A stretch of 64,000 bases of DNA from Octopus sinensis (Eukaryota), in the NCBI RefSeq assembly GCF_006345805.1, contig NC_043000.1:98642001-98706000 (forward strand), in the 5' to 3' direction. Shown one piece after another: positions 38,525 through 53,117 of the stretch. Made by a program: the position numbers and the translations under genes. The stretch's first letter is position 1. Every line of letters starts with the position of its first letter. The notes beneath the pieces are model-generated. The model was given only the letters and a program-made list of their open reading frames with translations. It searched no databases and had not been told where the DNA came from.

Positions 38525-38785
38525 AACGAGGGAGTATTGACAGCAGAGGAAAACGGGAAAACAAAGGAAGAAGTACAAAAAGGACACGAAGAAGAATTAC
38601 AAAGGAGGGACTACGCAATCAATTCCATGTAGCCACAACAGAAGTTGCTGGAAAAAATATGTGGGATTGGCTGATGAAAGAAAGAGACCTAGCGCACTCT
38701 AATGGCAGCGCAAGACCAAGCTTTTGCCACGAACTGGTGGGACAATCTGAGAAATGAGCAAGTGTCTCCGCTGTGCCGCATCTGA
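38525..38785 (+). mobile_element. Internal R4/Dong LINE fragment
   Basis: ...QFHVATTEVAGKNMWDWLM...MAAQDQAFATNWW...SPLCRI (pre-CCHC region). Confidence 0.65.
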
Positions 38786-38789
38786 AATA

Positions 38790-39536
38790 GAGTGGGTAAC
38801 ACCATTGCCCAGATCTCGAACAAATGTCCTAGACTTGCCCAAAACTGAGAAAGGGTCAAATTTTATCCCATGCCATCAAGGACAAGAGGAAAGACTGCGC
38901 TCCGAAGTTTTTGAACAAACTCAAGCATCCCCTCCAACCGAACATGTTTTGGTTTTTCTCAGATGAGAGAAAACTTTCTGCCAGGATCAGAGGGTGAACA
39001 CACAGAAGCGCTGGCTTGCCATGTTCCCAAAACATGTACCGAGAGTGATAAAAATCAAACATCCGGTCAACAGCATGGTGTTTGGAGTGATCATTAGTGA
39101 TGGTAACGTTATGCCTCCATTCATCTGCTTACACAGCCTCAGAGTTAACACGAGTACTACATCAAGTGCTTGGTGGAGGTAGTACTGCTTTGATTCAGGA
39201 GGTTGGCTGCTGGAAGACCCTATGTTTGACAATAAGACTCTGCACCATGCCACACAAGCTGGAGAATCCAGTCTTGGCTGTCATACAATTCTTGCGACCA
39301 CATTACCCCTAACATCTGACTTCCTAACTCCCCAAACTGCAACCCGTTGATTATTATGTGTGGGGCAAATTTGAGCGACAGACCATCAAAATACCTTGTA
39401 TCACCAAAGATGAACTGAAGGCAAGGATAATGGCAGCATTCACCAACTTAAACAAGGTTGTAGGAGATTCCGAAGTCGTCTGCAGTCTGTGGTTGAGGCC
39501 AATGGAGATTTTATTGAATAAATTCACTCTTTAGTA
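38790..39536 (+). mobile_element. Tc1/mariner DD37D (maT-type) transposase pseudogene, 5'-truncated
   Basis: FFSDE..FCQDQRVNTQ, KHPVNSMVFGVIISDG..MPP, QQDSAPCH, PNSPNCNPLDYYVWG motifs. Confidence 0.75.
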
Positions 39537-40739
39537 TATATATATATATATATTATATATATATGTATGTGTGTGTGTGTATGTATGTATGTATGTATGT
39601 ATATATACTCCCTTATCACATATGTCTTCATATGGTATTACATAATGTAATACACAAAACCTCATTTCAGCAAGTCCAACAAAGAGATATCCGTTGTGTT
39701 TATGTAGGATCACATTTCGATCGAATGAATCCTATCTTAAGACTTCAGCAAATAGAAATATGAGAACCACTGCCGATATTTTCTCCTGATATTTTGAAGA
39801 GAGCAAAGTTTATTCCGTAGCCCTGACAGCCGACTGAAAAATGTATAACCTGTATCTTTTCAATTCATATCTTGCCCCCATAAAATATAAAAAATCATTT
39901 TTATGATGATGACATTTCAGTTTAATACCAGTCATGCGCGGAGGAAGATATAATTAACAACAACCAACTACCTCACTGCCACCATAAATTTGTGACTTTG
40001 CTAGTAGGAGAAATCGATATATTCAAAAGATGTGAGCTTTTGTCAGGCTGATTTGGCGAAATTGTTTCTGTTTGGTGATGTAAGATTCTCTCAGTTCAAA
40101 GAAACCTTTTTTATGAATGCATAAATACAAAGCTATTTCTTATGCTAATCCTTTTAAAATATCAGGGATAATCTTACTTAGTCAAAATGAATAAATATTT
40201 TCAAGATAGGGGAAACACTATCGTGTTAAGCTTCCGTGTTTCCAGTCTAGTTTTGTATTAAAGAATAAATAACATAAGATCTTTTTTGTTTCGTGCGTAT
40301 AGCAAATGCTCATTCATAAACGTATTAAGTTTCCAATATATTATTTTTCTCTTTTCAGTAAATGTGTGGCATATAAGCTTGTGAAATATATAAATTATTT
40401 CGAAGCGAATTGTCACCAACAGACCTGTATTTTCCTTTTTCATAAAAATCATTTCATTAACGCTACCTTCTGTTTGTGACATTATTTTCGTTAATATATG
40501 ATTTATGAAACTATACAACAAAGAGGATACGAATCGAAATTCTGACTTGTTCTATGTAGTAATCCCGAATCTAGAAGCTTCGAATATCACATAAAAAATT
40601 TTAAGCGTTGTAGCTTTTCAACAAACAAATAAAATTTATCGCTTGGTATTCTCTATAAGATTAAATACGATAATACCCTTTTAGCTGCTTGCGTTATTCT
40701 AAATGTACATTTCTTTGTTAACGCATTGAACACCAGATC

Positions 40740-42860
40740 GCCTCTTAGGGCGTCGTCGTTTTAATACTCTACCAGCCCCCTATACAAAACCAAAGTGGTA
40801 TTACCACTGCCGGCCTTGCCCGTCTTGTGGATCAGCATGAGTACCTGTCGACACTCCTTTTGCCATTCAGTCAGATTACGTCCTTTAATGAAACCGGGTT
40901 TAAATCACTCCAAGCTGGCTGCTCGCGGAAAGAATCCCTCTGCCAGCGGATCCTACATCTTATTACCCTCCAGCTAGCGCCAGAGATGCCTTAGCCTCAA
41001 CGCATGTCTGCGCATCATCAACCAGGGCATCCCTAGCCCACTCTTTAGCGGTTCCTGGCAGCAAACAGAACGCCTCAGAAGTAGCTTTCCTTCCTTTCGC
41101 AATATGCAAAAGAGGAGTCGCTCCACCTTGTTAATCCACGAGTCGGGGCAAGAGACAACGGTGAAGCGGTAGGTGATTGCAGATGCAATAAACACTTGTA
41201 CCATCTCCTTTCAGGCACAGAGACCTTCCGGACCAGGTCCGGACTAGGGCCTCCACCTTGTCTGTCACCTCGCTGCAATTCCTCTCCGTCTGGGAGTCTG
41301 GTTCAAATCAAACTCCAAGCAACGTAACACGACCATCTGTCCAGTGACCCACGAAACTGGACGATATCGACTTGCTCCTCGAGGTGCCGAGGCGCAAGCC
41401 AATGGATTTGTCCTTGTTAACTTTGGCCCCTGCCACCGCCTCTTATCCTCCGATAGCCTCCTATACACAAGGTAGCTGAGCCTCATTGGACACGATGGTG
41501 ACGTCATCTACATAAGCAGAGACCGACTTACGCAACCGATTTCATTGAGGGCGTCCCGCGAAATTCTCCAACTTTCGCAGCAATGGCTCAAGTGCCAACA
41601 CGTACAGAAGTGAAGACAAGGGACACACTTGACGCACTGAACGCTTGATCGAAAACGGCTCCGACGGTGGATTTGATGCCGCTGTACATGGTGGAGATTC
41701 AACCACGGAAGTTCGGGCCTAGCCCAACCGCTTCGAGGACCGCCGCCCGGTACTGGTGGTCTACCCTATCAAACGCTTTACTTTGGTCTAAATGGACCAG
41801 TGCCCCACCTTTGCCGGTAAATTTACCCACCCTGTCTAAGATGTAGCGGATAAAGTGAAGATTGTCCTGGATCGTCCTGCCAAGGATAGCGCATGTCTGC
41901 GCCTTCCCTACAAGTTTCTCCACGACGCGTCAACATTTTGGCTAACACCTTGGCCAAAATCTTTAACTCTACTTTGAGTAGAGTTTTAGGCCAGTAATTA
42001 CTTATAATATCCCCCTTGCTCGAGTCCTGGATCAGCGCCACCACTCCCCGACTCACAGAGCTGGGAATTCCCTATTTTGTTGTCAGTTTGTGTAGACGCT
42101 GGCCAGCAGGTCCCCGAACAAGTCCGGCATGCTACGATAAAACTCATAGGGTAGACCATCCAGATCCCGGCGACTTTTCCCCGGCGCACTCGGCCAGCGC
42201 CTCTTTGACCTCCGCAGCTGTAATCGGCCCTTCACAGCACCTCGCCTCCCGTGCCGAGAGTTGAGGCCCACCGGGGAGGAAGCCCTTTAGGGACTCCCCA
42301 CGCTCTAGCGCGTCGCTCTGCATTAACAACCGGCGAAATGCTGATGAAAGGCCTTTTGCATCTCACCCTGTCCATAGATCTTGCACACCTGTTCGTCTGT
42401 TTTGCCCCTCTGAATCTCCACACGATGTGCTCATCCGGCAATGTTAATACCTTATCGTCCAACTGCACGTAGCTTAGTTCTAACTCTGCAGCCTTCGTGC
42501 TTGGCGTTGAGGTGACGGTGCAAGACCGTTCTCGCCGCCAGGACTCTAGATGCAGAGCCAGATTCCAAGGCCTCGTCTAAGTTCTTAACTAATTTATCCT
42601 CTATTCTAGATCTATCTAAACTTAGCTGATTGCTAAATCTAATAGACTCTAAACGAATGACTCTCTTGAGGGCGTGCCACCATCTATTATTAATGATGGC
42701 GACACATAGTGCCTTCTGTACTAACTCCTTAATCCGGGCACGGAAGGTTTTACAAGTCAAAATAGACATGAAACTCAAAAGCATTTTTCTCATCGGTTAC
42801 AAGGTTAACCCGTTTGCTTAAGAGAAAGTGGCATCACTTTTTAACAGACTTAGTCTGCTA
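40740..42860 (-). mobile_element. Tx1/L1-clade LINE ORF2 (linker, RT and post-RT), truncated at both ends, many frameshifts
   Basis: PGSGWSTL/DGLPYEFY, NYWPKTLLKVELKILAKVLA, GRTIQDNL...LDQSKAFDRVDH, GLGMPWL; linker ORF 42452-42793. Confidence 0.9.
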
Positions 42861-43070
42861 TCATTTTCCTCGACAGAATGTGACTAACTGTTAGGGGACT
42901 CCTATTTTGGTTAAGAGTAGCAACAAATGTATCTTTTCCACGGTAAACATTTGTCTACTTTAGCATTGGCAGACTAATAATAACTGTTTGTAAGATATTA
43001 CCATGAAGGCGAAACTGAGCATTGATTAGAAGTATTATTATCTGTAATAAATGAAGAACCATAATATTCT

Positions 43071-43650
43071 TATCTACTCTTGGCTCAAGGCCTGAAATTT
43101 GGGAGGATTAGATCGGAACCAGTACGCAACTGGTACTTAACTTATCAACCCCGAAAGAATGAAAGGCAGAATTTGAACTCAGAATGTAAAGACACGAAAT
43201 ACCGCTAAGCATTTCGCCCGGCGTGCTAACGTTTCTTCTTTCTCTATTGCCCACAAGGAGCTAAATATAGAGGGGACAAACAAGGATAGACAAACGGATT
43301 AAGTCGATTACATCGACCCCAGTGCGTAACTGGTACTTATTTAATCGACCTCGAAAGATGAAAGGCAAAGTCGACCTCGGCGGAATTTGAACTCAGAACG
43401 TAGCGGCAGACGAAATACCTATTTCTTTATTACCCACAAGGAGCTAAACATAGAGGGGACAAACAAGGACAGACAAACGGATTAAGTTTATTACATAGAC
43501 CCCAGTGCGTAACTGGTACTTAATTTATCGACCCCGAAAGGATGAAAGGCAAAGTCGACCTCGGCGGAATTTGAACTCACAACGTAACGGCAGACGAAAT
43601 ACGGCTACGCATTTCGCCCGGCGTACTAACGTTTCTGCCCGCTCAACACC
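43071..43650 (-). mobile_element. Three nested/tandem SINE family A copies
   Basis: Three core repeats; tails are type 2 (~43071), type 1 (~43236) and type 1 (43417); only the rightmost copy keeps a near-complete head. Confidence 0.85.
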
Positions 43651-44333
43651 TTGTTATTAGATAAGCTTGTTTACTAGGAAGCACGGGCTTTTTTAAAGGC
43701 GGAGAGGTAAGACGCAAACCTTTATGGTTAACTTGATAACTTAGAAAACAGAGAGATTCAGTTACAAATATATATCTATATGACATTTACATAACTCTTG
43801 AGGAAAAGGGGGATGTCAGTTACATCGACTCCGGTACTTGATTGGTACTTGTTTTACCGAAAGGACGAAAGGCAAAATCGACCATTGCAGAATTTGAAAT
43901 TAGAAAGTATAAACCAGAACTTCAATGATATAACAAATTTAAAAGATCGGTTAAAGAATTTACATTTTTTTCGTAACGTTTCTTACTACCATCATCGAAA
44001 GCTGTCGCATGCGCTTTCAAATCGTTGTCCACGAAGTATTACTGAAAACTTTGTAAGAAGACATTACGTTTACTAAGTAGAATATCTGGGCAGCAAGTGA
44101 GCGGGTGTCTAAGCAAGTGAATTTATTAATAAATTGAGATTATAAATTACTAAACTCATTTTGCTACTGCTACTAACAACAGGGGCTTGTGCTCCCCAGG
44201 ATGAGTTGGTTTAATGATGTCTTCTTTGAGCATCGTGTTCATTTCCGTTCGAATATTCTTGGTACCAAATGACTTAAGCATACAGGATTTTGTTATGACA
44301 GATTTCATATTTAATAATATAGATATAGTAAAC

Positions 44334-44748
44334 GGATCTTTTCGGTTTGAACGGCAGTTTTTAACATAATTTCTTGGTAACTAAAAAATTTTAAACTTCG
44401 TATACTGGTAGAATGTGTTTATAAAACATCTTTTTCTCTTGGCTTTATTGAGAAAATTCTATAGTTTGTAAGATATTTGTTTTTTTTTTCTTCAATTTCT
44501 GTAATTTCAACCAATCAGTGACGTCTATTGAGTTAAAAAGCATTCTGTACCGTATGAATATGTCCCTCGTTTAAGAAACAGATTGGGTTTATTTACATTT
44601 GTGAAGAAAAAAAGATACCCTTCCACCACCCCTAACACTAACCCTAAAAGAGATTGAAATGCAATAGATCGATTCTAGGGTCATAATTATGAGTGACAAT
44701 TTCATATGACACCGCTAGAAAAAACTGCCGTTCAAACCGAAAAGATCC
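44334..44748. mobile_element. MITE with ~30-bp TIRs and a target-site duplication
   Basis: ggatcttttcggtttgaacggcagttttt ... aaaaactgccgttcaaaccgaaaagatcc; flanks tagtaaac / gagtaaac (8 bp with one mismatch, or 6-bp agtaaa if the TIR is one base longer). Confidence 0.85.
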
Positions 44749-46129
44749 GAGTAAACTTATAGATAAGAGTAAATTTTGGTTAGATCGATTATTGAAACTA
44801 GGGAGCAAACCTACAATTCCATTTGCGAGGTCTGAGCACAATAATTTAGATAAATATTGGTACTCTCAGATGTAAAAACAAACAACCTATGCTAAAATGT
44901 GTGTAGTTTCAGGAGCGCTTTGCACCAGATTAAATCTTTTATGTCAGAATCTATGTTCTATATCAATAATTGAAACAGTTAATGAATTAAATTAAAGATG
45001 AATAAGGAGCAAAGCAGTCCACAACAAGCTTTCATTCACTAAAACGTTCCTAACATAACCGCCAGAGTTGCGGTTTCATATACAAAATATTCATATCATA
45101 GAAACAGTATTAGATGCGTAACTGAAGAATCTTGATGAAGATTCAGCCAATTTTAGCTATATTATATAAGATTTTGGAATTATTGCATACACATGTTCGT
45201 GATCTTTTTATAATAAGCATACCCACTTCAGGGCAAATATAACGTCCTGTGTATTATGTACAATGTCAGCTTCCAGTTGCTTTCTTCAGATAGAAATCTA
45301 TGGAATCTAAGAATTTAAAAAAATTGTCCTATATAACTCATACTTCTCCTAACGATTTAGCGGCGTAGGTCAATCGACCTTATCTATCCCAATAAGCATC
45401 TAGTCACGAAATCAATTCGTACGCTTAGATTACACAATATTTTCGTCGTCGCAAACTTCATAAGAATTTTTTTTTTTACTTTAACTGAAAAAATCATTAT
45501 CTGATGTCAGTTATCGGTTTTACATGTTTTGTTCTATTTTCTTATATATCCTTATATATCCTGCGAGACTTTCTTATCTGTCACTTTGATATAAACTATG
45601 AAAAGAGCAGATTCCATTTAAAATATAGTAAAATATCGTTCCATTGAAACACATCACGATGCTCATCGATATAAATACGTACATACATATAAGCATATAT
45701 ATATATAATCATGTACGATATATGTATTCGCACACGTATATGTTTGTATGTATTTGTATGTATATGTATAGCCATTAAGTACACATTTCACTCATAGTTA
45801 TCGATCGGGAAGAAACAACACATGATTAATGTTGTCGAAATCTTCTTGCATAATAAAATGTTTTGCTATCAGAAGTCTGAAGTGAAATAAATTGCTATTA
45901 GTTGTTTTTATACAATTTATAGGGATCCAGTTAAGGAATACTGAGTGAAAATGACAATATGCAGCAACACATAAATAATCATATCTGAAAGAAGTGTTTC
46001 ATTTTTCGGGAGTGGGTGGATGGTTGCTTTGGAACTAACGGAGGAAGCATATGTGTGTGTGTGTGTGTGTGTGTGTACATATATACATATATGCATGTAT
46101 ATGTGTTTGTGTCTGTGCGTGTGAGTATA

Positions 46130-46351
46130 CAGGGGTGTGAAAAGTAGGTATACAGTTGATTAATATGAGTGGAATGTTGTTTCCCCACCACTCGCTCTGT
46201 TTCTTTTTCGGGATAAGAACTCTATTATCCTTTGTTCTTTTTAGCTGACTCTCTCTATAAGACAATAATTATTCCTAATTTCAGATGTTATATCGCCGGA
46301 AATTTGACCAGCGACGAAATTGAGCTGTATACCTACTTTAGCCCGTCCCTG
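46130..46351. mobile_element. Tc1/mariner-type MITE with TA target duplication
   Basis: TA|caggggtgtgaaaagtaggtatacag ... ctgtatacctactttagcccgtccctg|TA. Confidence 0.75.
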
Positions 46352-47219
46352 TATATATACCAAAGACGATTCTTGATACTTAAGCCACAGAATGGAATTT
46401 AAAAAAATCAAAATCATATCTTTGAAGTGAAGTATACACCGCATGTAAAGTGCTCTCTTTCAAAATTTTTGTCATACAAATGGAGGCATTTATTATTAGA
46501 ACATCGGTTTTCAATATTCATTGCAGTTTTTATATCTGAAGTGTCATTGCATCTATAGAAGAAACGTCATGGATATATATATATATATATACTCACACAC
46601 ACACACACACACACACACACATGCACACGCACACACGCATAAGCATGCATACATACATATCCACAAATATTCATATATATTTATATGTATACATGAACGT
46701 TTGATTTTCCGTGAAGTTTTATATAAAATAATTTAATATTGAAATGAAAGATTACAAAATACTTTTTAGTGAAGTATATATTTGTGAATATTTACAAAGA
46801 AAATGTTGATAATGACATTCGGCTTGCCAATAATCATCACACTTTTAAGCATGTTTGTTCTCTGAGTGCAATTTAAGTTCTTACTGAGAGATTTCAAGTC
46901 GGTTGCTAACAAATCTGGTGTTTGTAAATATGTAGTTGAGTTGGTGTGTAGCCTAAACTGTCGATGCATACACCAAAGTGTGTGCATCTATTCACATAAG
47001 AATCTCACATGGATAATTTCTGAAATGTCTCACAAATCTTCATCGTGCCGTTAATAACTTGGATTTGGAGAATCCGTATCAGTTTCTTTTGCTCTTTGTC
47101 TGTGTGCAAATTCTTGATACATAACCTAACGCTCCTACGATGATAGGTAAAATGAGAATTCATAACTGTAATTTCATCATTAATTCGCCATAGATTTCAT
47201 TTTTGTCCTGGACCTTTGA

Positions 47220-47560
47220 CTGTACATTCACATCCGCTGGGCAGCTGACCTCTACAACGGCACATGGCTTTTGTTCCCTGTCCCATAGAACAATATCAGG
47301 TCTGTTGTGTTCTCGAGCAAGGCACTTTATTTCACGTTGCTCCAGTTCACTCAGCTGTAGAAATGAGTTGCGACGTCACTGGTGCCAAGCTGTATCGACC
47401 TTTGTCTTTCCCTTGGATAACACTGGTGTCGTGGAGAGGGGAGGCCGGTATTCATGGGCGACTGCTGGCCTTCCATAAACAACCTTGCCCGGACTTGTAT
47501 CTAGGAAGGTAACTTTCTAGGTGCAATCCCATGGTCATTCATGACCGAAGGGGGTCTTTA
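47220..47560 (+). mobile_element. SINE-like repeat family C
   Basis: Homologous to 6593-6770 and in part to 35516-35740. Confidence 0.6.
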
Positions 47561-47920
47561 CCCTTACTTTTGTACCGAATTGATGTTTTTATTGTGGTGT
47601 TCCACCAGTATTCTTTCTTTTTAAAGGTGTGAATACCTGCTTGTTCTGATATACCTCTGATGTATACATTAAGACAGCCCTTCCTACGGATAGCATTGAG
47701 AACGTTGCGACTAATTCTAATTCTCCCTTGGTTGTTGGTCATATTATCAGAATATAATTTTAGGTAATCAACAAAAAATGTATGGGTAACATTAACTTTA
47801 TTCTTTACTGCTTATCCCAGCATGTAGCATTACCAGTTGTTTAACAGCGCAGACAAAGTATTTATCGCCAGTATAAACAGCATTGCAAATAGGCTATCAT
47901 CCTGGAATATACCTATTGAT

Positions 47921-48028
47921 GTATGTATGTATGTATGTATGTATGTATGTATGTGTATATAAATGTATGTATGTATGTATGTATGTATGTATGTATGTAT
48001 GTATGTATGTATGTATGTATGTATGTAT
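47921..48028. repeat. (TATG)n microsatellite
   Basis: Directly visible. Confidence 0.95.
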
Positions 48029-48635
48029 GCGCTCATCCATGCAAACACGAATGCTGACTAGTAGCAGTATCTCGGCCAGTCCGGTTTATGAATACCGAAA
48101 ATAAATGCAATAAAAGAAATTCCCTAATTTTGAATAAATTATTTTAAAAAATAGCTGACCATCTTCTGTTCTTTCAGAAGTGTTGAATTACTCAGAATTT
48201 AGTACTTTACTACTTTACATAATTACACTAAGTTAATTATTTTACTAATCATCATATGTTCTTAATATCTATTTGGCGTTATTGGAGGTACAAATTTCAA
48301 TAACAAATTCCAGAAGTAATCAAAGGCATATGAGCTTCTCTTTGAAAAACATAAACGTATACAAAATTTCAAAAATGTGAACTAGAGCGCGAAACGGACT
48401 GATAGACGGACTGAATTTTATAAAATGGTGTATGTATATTCTTCTTCCTATTTTAGGGCACACTGGTGCACTGTCATCAAAGATTTAGATGATCATATTT
48501 ATCTGAGTATTTATTTTGGTTTGGTACTTATTTTATTAATACATCTGTTTGTTGATCCGCTATGTTATGGGACACAAAACTCAATATAAAGTATAGCAAT
48601 TTTAGACGAGTGTAAATATAAACAAGAAAATTGAC

Positions 48636-48667
<32 letters not shown>

Positions 48668-49070
48668 TTCTATGTATGTGTTTGTGTGTGTGTGTGCATG
48701 TGTTTGAACGCGCATGTATGTGGGTGCACGCGCGCATAAATGCATATATGTATACTTGTATGTGTATCAATGCGTTTCGGCTATAATTCCAATCAAAGCA
48801 CAACCCAAAGACCCAAAGAGCTTTAGCTACGAATGTTTAAATCCCGATAGAGAGCAAACCCGAAAATACAGTGCATGGCATCTTAATAGACATCTATTTA
48901 CAGGTCAAAAATGCTGTTGTCTTTGAGAATCAAATCAAAATGCGTTTAAAGAAAATATAACAAAATTTTGATTTATGTATTACAATCGTTAAAAATTCGG
49001 TTTCTGTATTTTAACATTCATATTTATGGCGTTCGGAAAAACTGGTTCACCAGTCAGTATCATTAGACTA

Positions 49071-49302
49071 AGGCGGCGAGCTGGTAGAAACGTTAGCACG
49101 TCGGGCGAAATGCTTAGCGGTATTTCGTCTGCCGTTACATTCTGAGTTCAAATTCCGCCGAGGTCGACTTTACCTTTCATCCTTTCGGGGTCGATAAATT
49201 AAGTACCAGTTACGCATTGGGGTCGATGTAATCGACTTAATACCTGTGTCTGTCCTTGTTTGTCCCCTCTACGTTTGGCCCCTTGTGGGTAATAAAGAAA
49301 TA
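49071..49302 (+). mobile_element. Full-length SINE family A (tail type 1) with a 12-bp TSD
   Basis: agtatcattaga at 49056-49067 and 49303-49314 flanks the element. Confidence 0.9.
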
Positions 49303-49379
49303 AGTATCATTAGAACAAGGCCGGTATAAGAGTAAAGGAGCCTTATTTGCATATTCAAAACGTTTTCTATAAAGAAATT

Positions 49380-49418
<39 letters not shown>

Positions 49419-49632
49419 GAAGGGTGAGATCTCCCTTTTTAGTAGAAGAAATAGCTATAACTCTTTGACTGCTATTTCTAAATTCGGTATGTGGTAAGGC
49501 AATTCGTTGCTAAACCCTTTATTGCTATATATATATATATATATATATAAATTAATTGTGGGTAGAAATTGATATTAGTCAATTAAAACCAGTGGTCTAG
49601 CATATTAAAAAGAATCCGACGATTAAAATATT

Positions 49633-49874
49633 TATATATACCAATTAAGGACAGAACACGAAAAGTGGACAGTCAACATGCTAGATATAGACGTCAAATC
49701 GCCATTCTCCACAAAAATTATGTTCTCAAATAAAATAAAATTCAGCACAACCCAAAGCAATAAATAAGACAAATGAAAATATACGAAATGAACATAATCT
49801 TTGTGGAGAATGGCGATTTGACGTCTATATCTAGCATGTTGACTGTCCACTTTTCGTGTTCAGTCCTTAATTGG

Positions 49875-49882
<8 letters not shown>
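49633..49882. repeat. Fold-back inverted repeat, ~92-bp arms, 64-bp spacer
   Basis: 49633-49725 versus 49790-49882, two mismatches; the right arm runs into (TA)n. Confidence 0.9.
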
Positions 49883-49906
<24 letters not shown>

Positions 49907-50581
49907 CATACACACACACACACATACATATGTGTGTGTGTGTGTGTGTGTATGTGTGTGTATATGAATGTGTGTCTGTGTGTATCTATATGTGTGTCTT
50001 TGCGTTTGTGTTTATCTTTCCATCGCAACTTGACAACAGGCGTTGCTGTGCTTGCGTTCCTGTAACTTACCAGTTCGGCAAAAGTCAACTGCTAAAAGTA
50101 CCAGGCTTTAAAAAACAAGCATTGGGGTCGATTTATTCGAATAAAAATTCAAACTAGGGTCTCAGTATAGCCTCAGACTAATGACTGAGACAAGTGAAAG
50201 ATAAAGGATAATATATATATATATATATATGTATATATATGCATACATGTATATAGATATATACACACACACACATATATATGCATATATACATATGTGT
50301 CTGTGTGTATGTATGTGTGTTTGCGTGTGTGCGTGCATGTGTGTAAATACGTAATATTTATTTTTGTAAGTATTATGTAAATTCTATGTGACTTGATTAT
50401 TATTCTTGCATGTGTAATAAGTTGTCCGTTGTTTTGAAAAGTTGGTTCCTGTTGGTGCGTTGAGCTTCAATAGACACATTTGGCTGTTTGCTTGAATTAA
50501 GAGAATCATTCTATGGTCCATGAATTAGTTAGAATATTGGAAACTGCAGAAACAAAAACGAGTCTGCGATAGGAATGTATG

Positions 50582-50619
<38 letters not shown>

Positions 50620-50626
<7 letters not shown>

Positions 50627-51834
50627 GCGAGTTTGTATTTGTGTGTGTATGCGTCTGTTCTTTATGCATTCGAAAACTGAGTTGCCGATTTTGACGTATG
50701 GGGTATCAAAAGATTCAGTAATCATTCGGCTACCAAATAAATTATATTTTCATGCACATTTTTCCTACTTTATCTCAACAACCAGCCATAGTTATTTGGA
50801 ATACACTTATTTGAAATACAACGACCAGGTTTCATTAGAAGGTGAAAATATTTTCACACTTTCAATTTGAACCAAAATACAAAGTGTTGCAATACGAGAG
50901 TGAAGATGTGTGAATAATGAAAGTAATGTTTTTCTGAATTAGTAACATCTGTACTATAATAAAGAAAGCTGTTTATCATCTATCTTCTAAATAAACTATG
51001 TTTTTGGCACAACAATTCCTTTTTACTACTAAAATAACTTCGGAAACGAGGTCTGTCGCCCAATTTTGAGGTAATTTTCGGGCAATATTTCGATTTGCTT
51101 CTAATGTTTCACTTTCGTCCAATGTTTCACACATCCGTAGCCTTCTACTCAGACAAAAATTTATGAAAATGTACACATAAATATTCTATGAAAATAGGCC
51201 ACAACCAAAGAAATTTCATTAAAAACATCCATTTCTTTATATGCTATGAGGAAATACATTTATTTACTCTGTGTCTCACATGGACACGCACACATACACA
51301 TACATACAAAACGATGTATGCATAATAATTTATGTATATGTATATGAAAGATAATGTGTGCGTGTATTCGAGACAGAGAGAGGGAAAGAGCAAATGAGTG
51401 CCATTTACACATACATGCGAAAAATACATACACGACAACACACACGTTCACTCCCTCACTCACTCACTCACTCCCTCATTCACTCACTCACTCACACACA
51501 CACTAACTCACTCACTCTCTCTCCTGTACACTCATGCACGCACACACACACGTCCATTTCATATACACATACATACATTTTTCACTTTTTCCTCTCTTTC
51601 AGTTTCTGCTCTCACTTCAAAACAAATGTCACTTTTTCACTTTCTCCTCTCTTTCAATGTCTGCTGTCTTCAAAGCATAAAGAAATAAAATAAATTACAG
51701 AAGTTATCGAACGATCATATAATCCCATATGATCGACCGTATATGATAGAGTAGACAACTTTGCTGCTTCAAACGAAAGAATGCCATAAAATAACTTCCT
51801 TTGGCACACACATGCACACACACATACACACACA

Positions 51835-51889
<55 letters not shown>

Positions 51890-53061
51890 TAAAACTACTG
51901 TATGAAATATGTTATTTCTTGCTGTGTGCACGCGCAAAATTACTGATATGACCTTTTTCTATTCTCTAATTTGTGTTTGTGATGAGCGTATTTAAAAAAC
52001 TGATCTTCGATATAATCTTAAAAGGAACTTTTCCAGAAATCCTGTCCTTTACATGTTGTTTCTAGCATGTCCGAGGTGACATTTGCGCCCCCGCCTTATA
52101 TTTTACCTAAATATTTTCCGATTCCTATGTTTCGATACAGAAGATTAGGATTTCACTCAAAAAACACGTTCTCAATATTTTAATTTTCCCCTCCCCACCC
52201 TGATTTCTTCATTTCTTCTTTTTTTTTTTACTTTTTTCCCAATTTTTTCTTAATAATCCACGGAGAGAAAAAACAGAGTATGAATATTTAAGTATTTTCT
52301 TTTTCCTTTTATTTTCTTAAAGAAACACTAAAATCTCTTTCCAAAACATCTATCCACCACCTCATCACTTTCAAAAAGCTACAAACTCCCAATGTTTCAC
52401 TTTTAGCTTTTTGGAAAGCGAAGACATTTCTTCAGAAATAACACCGTTTACGTGTTTCTAGCATGTCGGGTTTTCTGGTGGTGGTCTGGTATTTTTCTAT
52501 GTCTGCTATTTCAGTACGCATGTGTGAAACATCTGACGAAAGTGAAATATCGAGAGGTTTTAGTTTTTTGAAAGTGGGTGGGCGAGGTTTCATTAAGAAT
52601 TCATTAAGAATTCATTAAGAATCTTTCATTAAGAAAAATTAAGCTTTAAAAAAATATATATATATATTTCCTAGGTTCATAATCTCTGTATTTTTCTGAG
52701 TGATAAACATTTTAAAAAATCGAAAAATGTTACAAATTAAGAAACTGAGGTGGGGTCATATGTGGGGGGAGGGTCGGATTAAAATTTTGAAAACATAATT
52801 TCTGAGCAGAATCATATTAACCCTCCTTTATACAATGAAACACTACATAGTTTGTGATCTTTCTAAAGAACAGAAAGCACTTTCATGCAAACCCATGCAA
52901 ATTGTACCCCCGCTTCACTTTTAAACATACAAAAACTTCCATTACGGCAGTTATCCAGTTCACTATATATCAGCTGTGCCGATTCTGCCCATACGAAAGG
53001 AACAAATAATACAATGTGGCTGTAGGTCATAACACCCGGGCAACACTGGGATGCATTGCTA

Positions 53062-53063
<2 letters not shown>
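50620..53063 (+). mobile_element. Possible non-autonomous Helitron (3' end clear, 5' end uncertain)
   Basis: 3' end cccgg-gcaaca-ctggg hairpin (53035-53050), 8 nt, then CTAGT (53059-53063) followed by (TA)n. The 5' boundary is only guessed at the end of the (AT)n tract. Confidence 0.45.

Positions 53064-53117
<54 letters not shown>

Noticed and set aside
46740-47100. Possible Tc1/mariner N-terminal fragment on the minus strand
   Set aside because: Only vague similarity; no catalytic motif or TIR could be tied to it.
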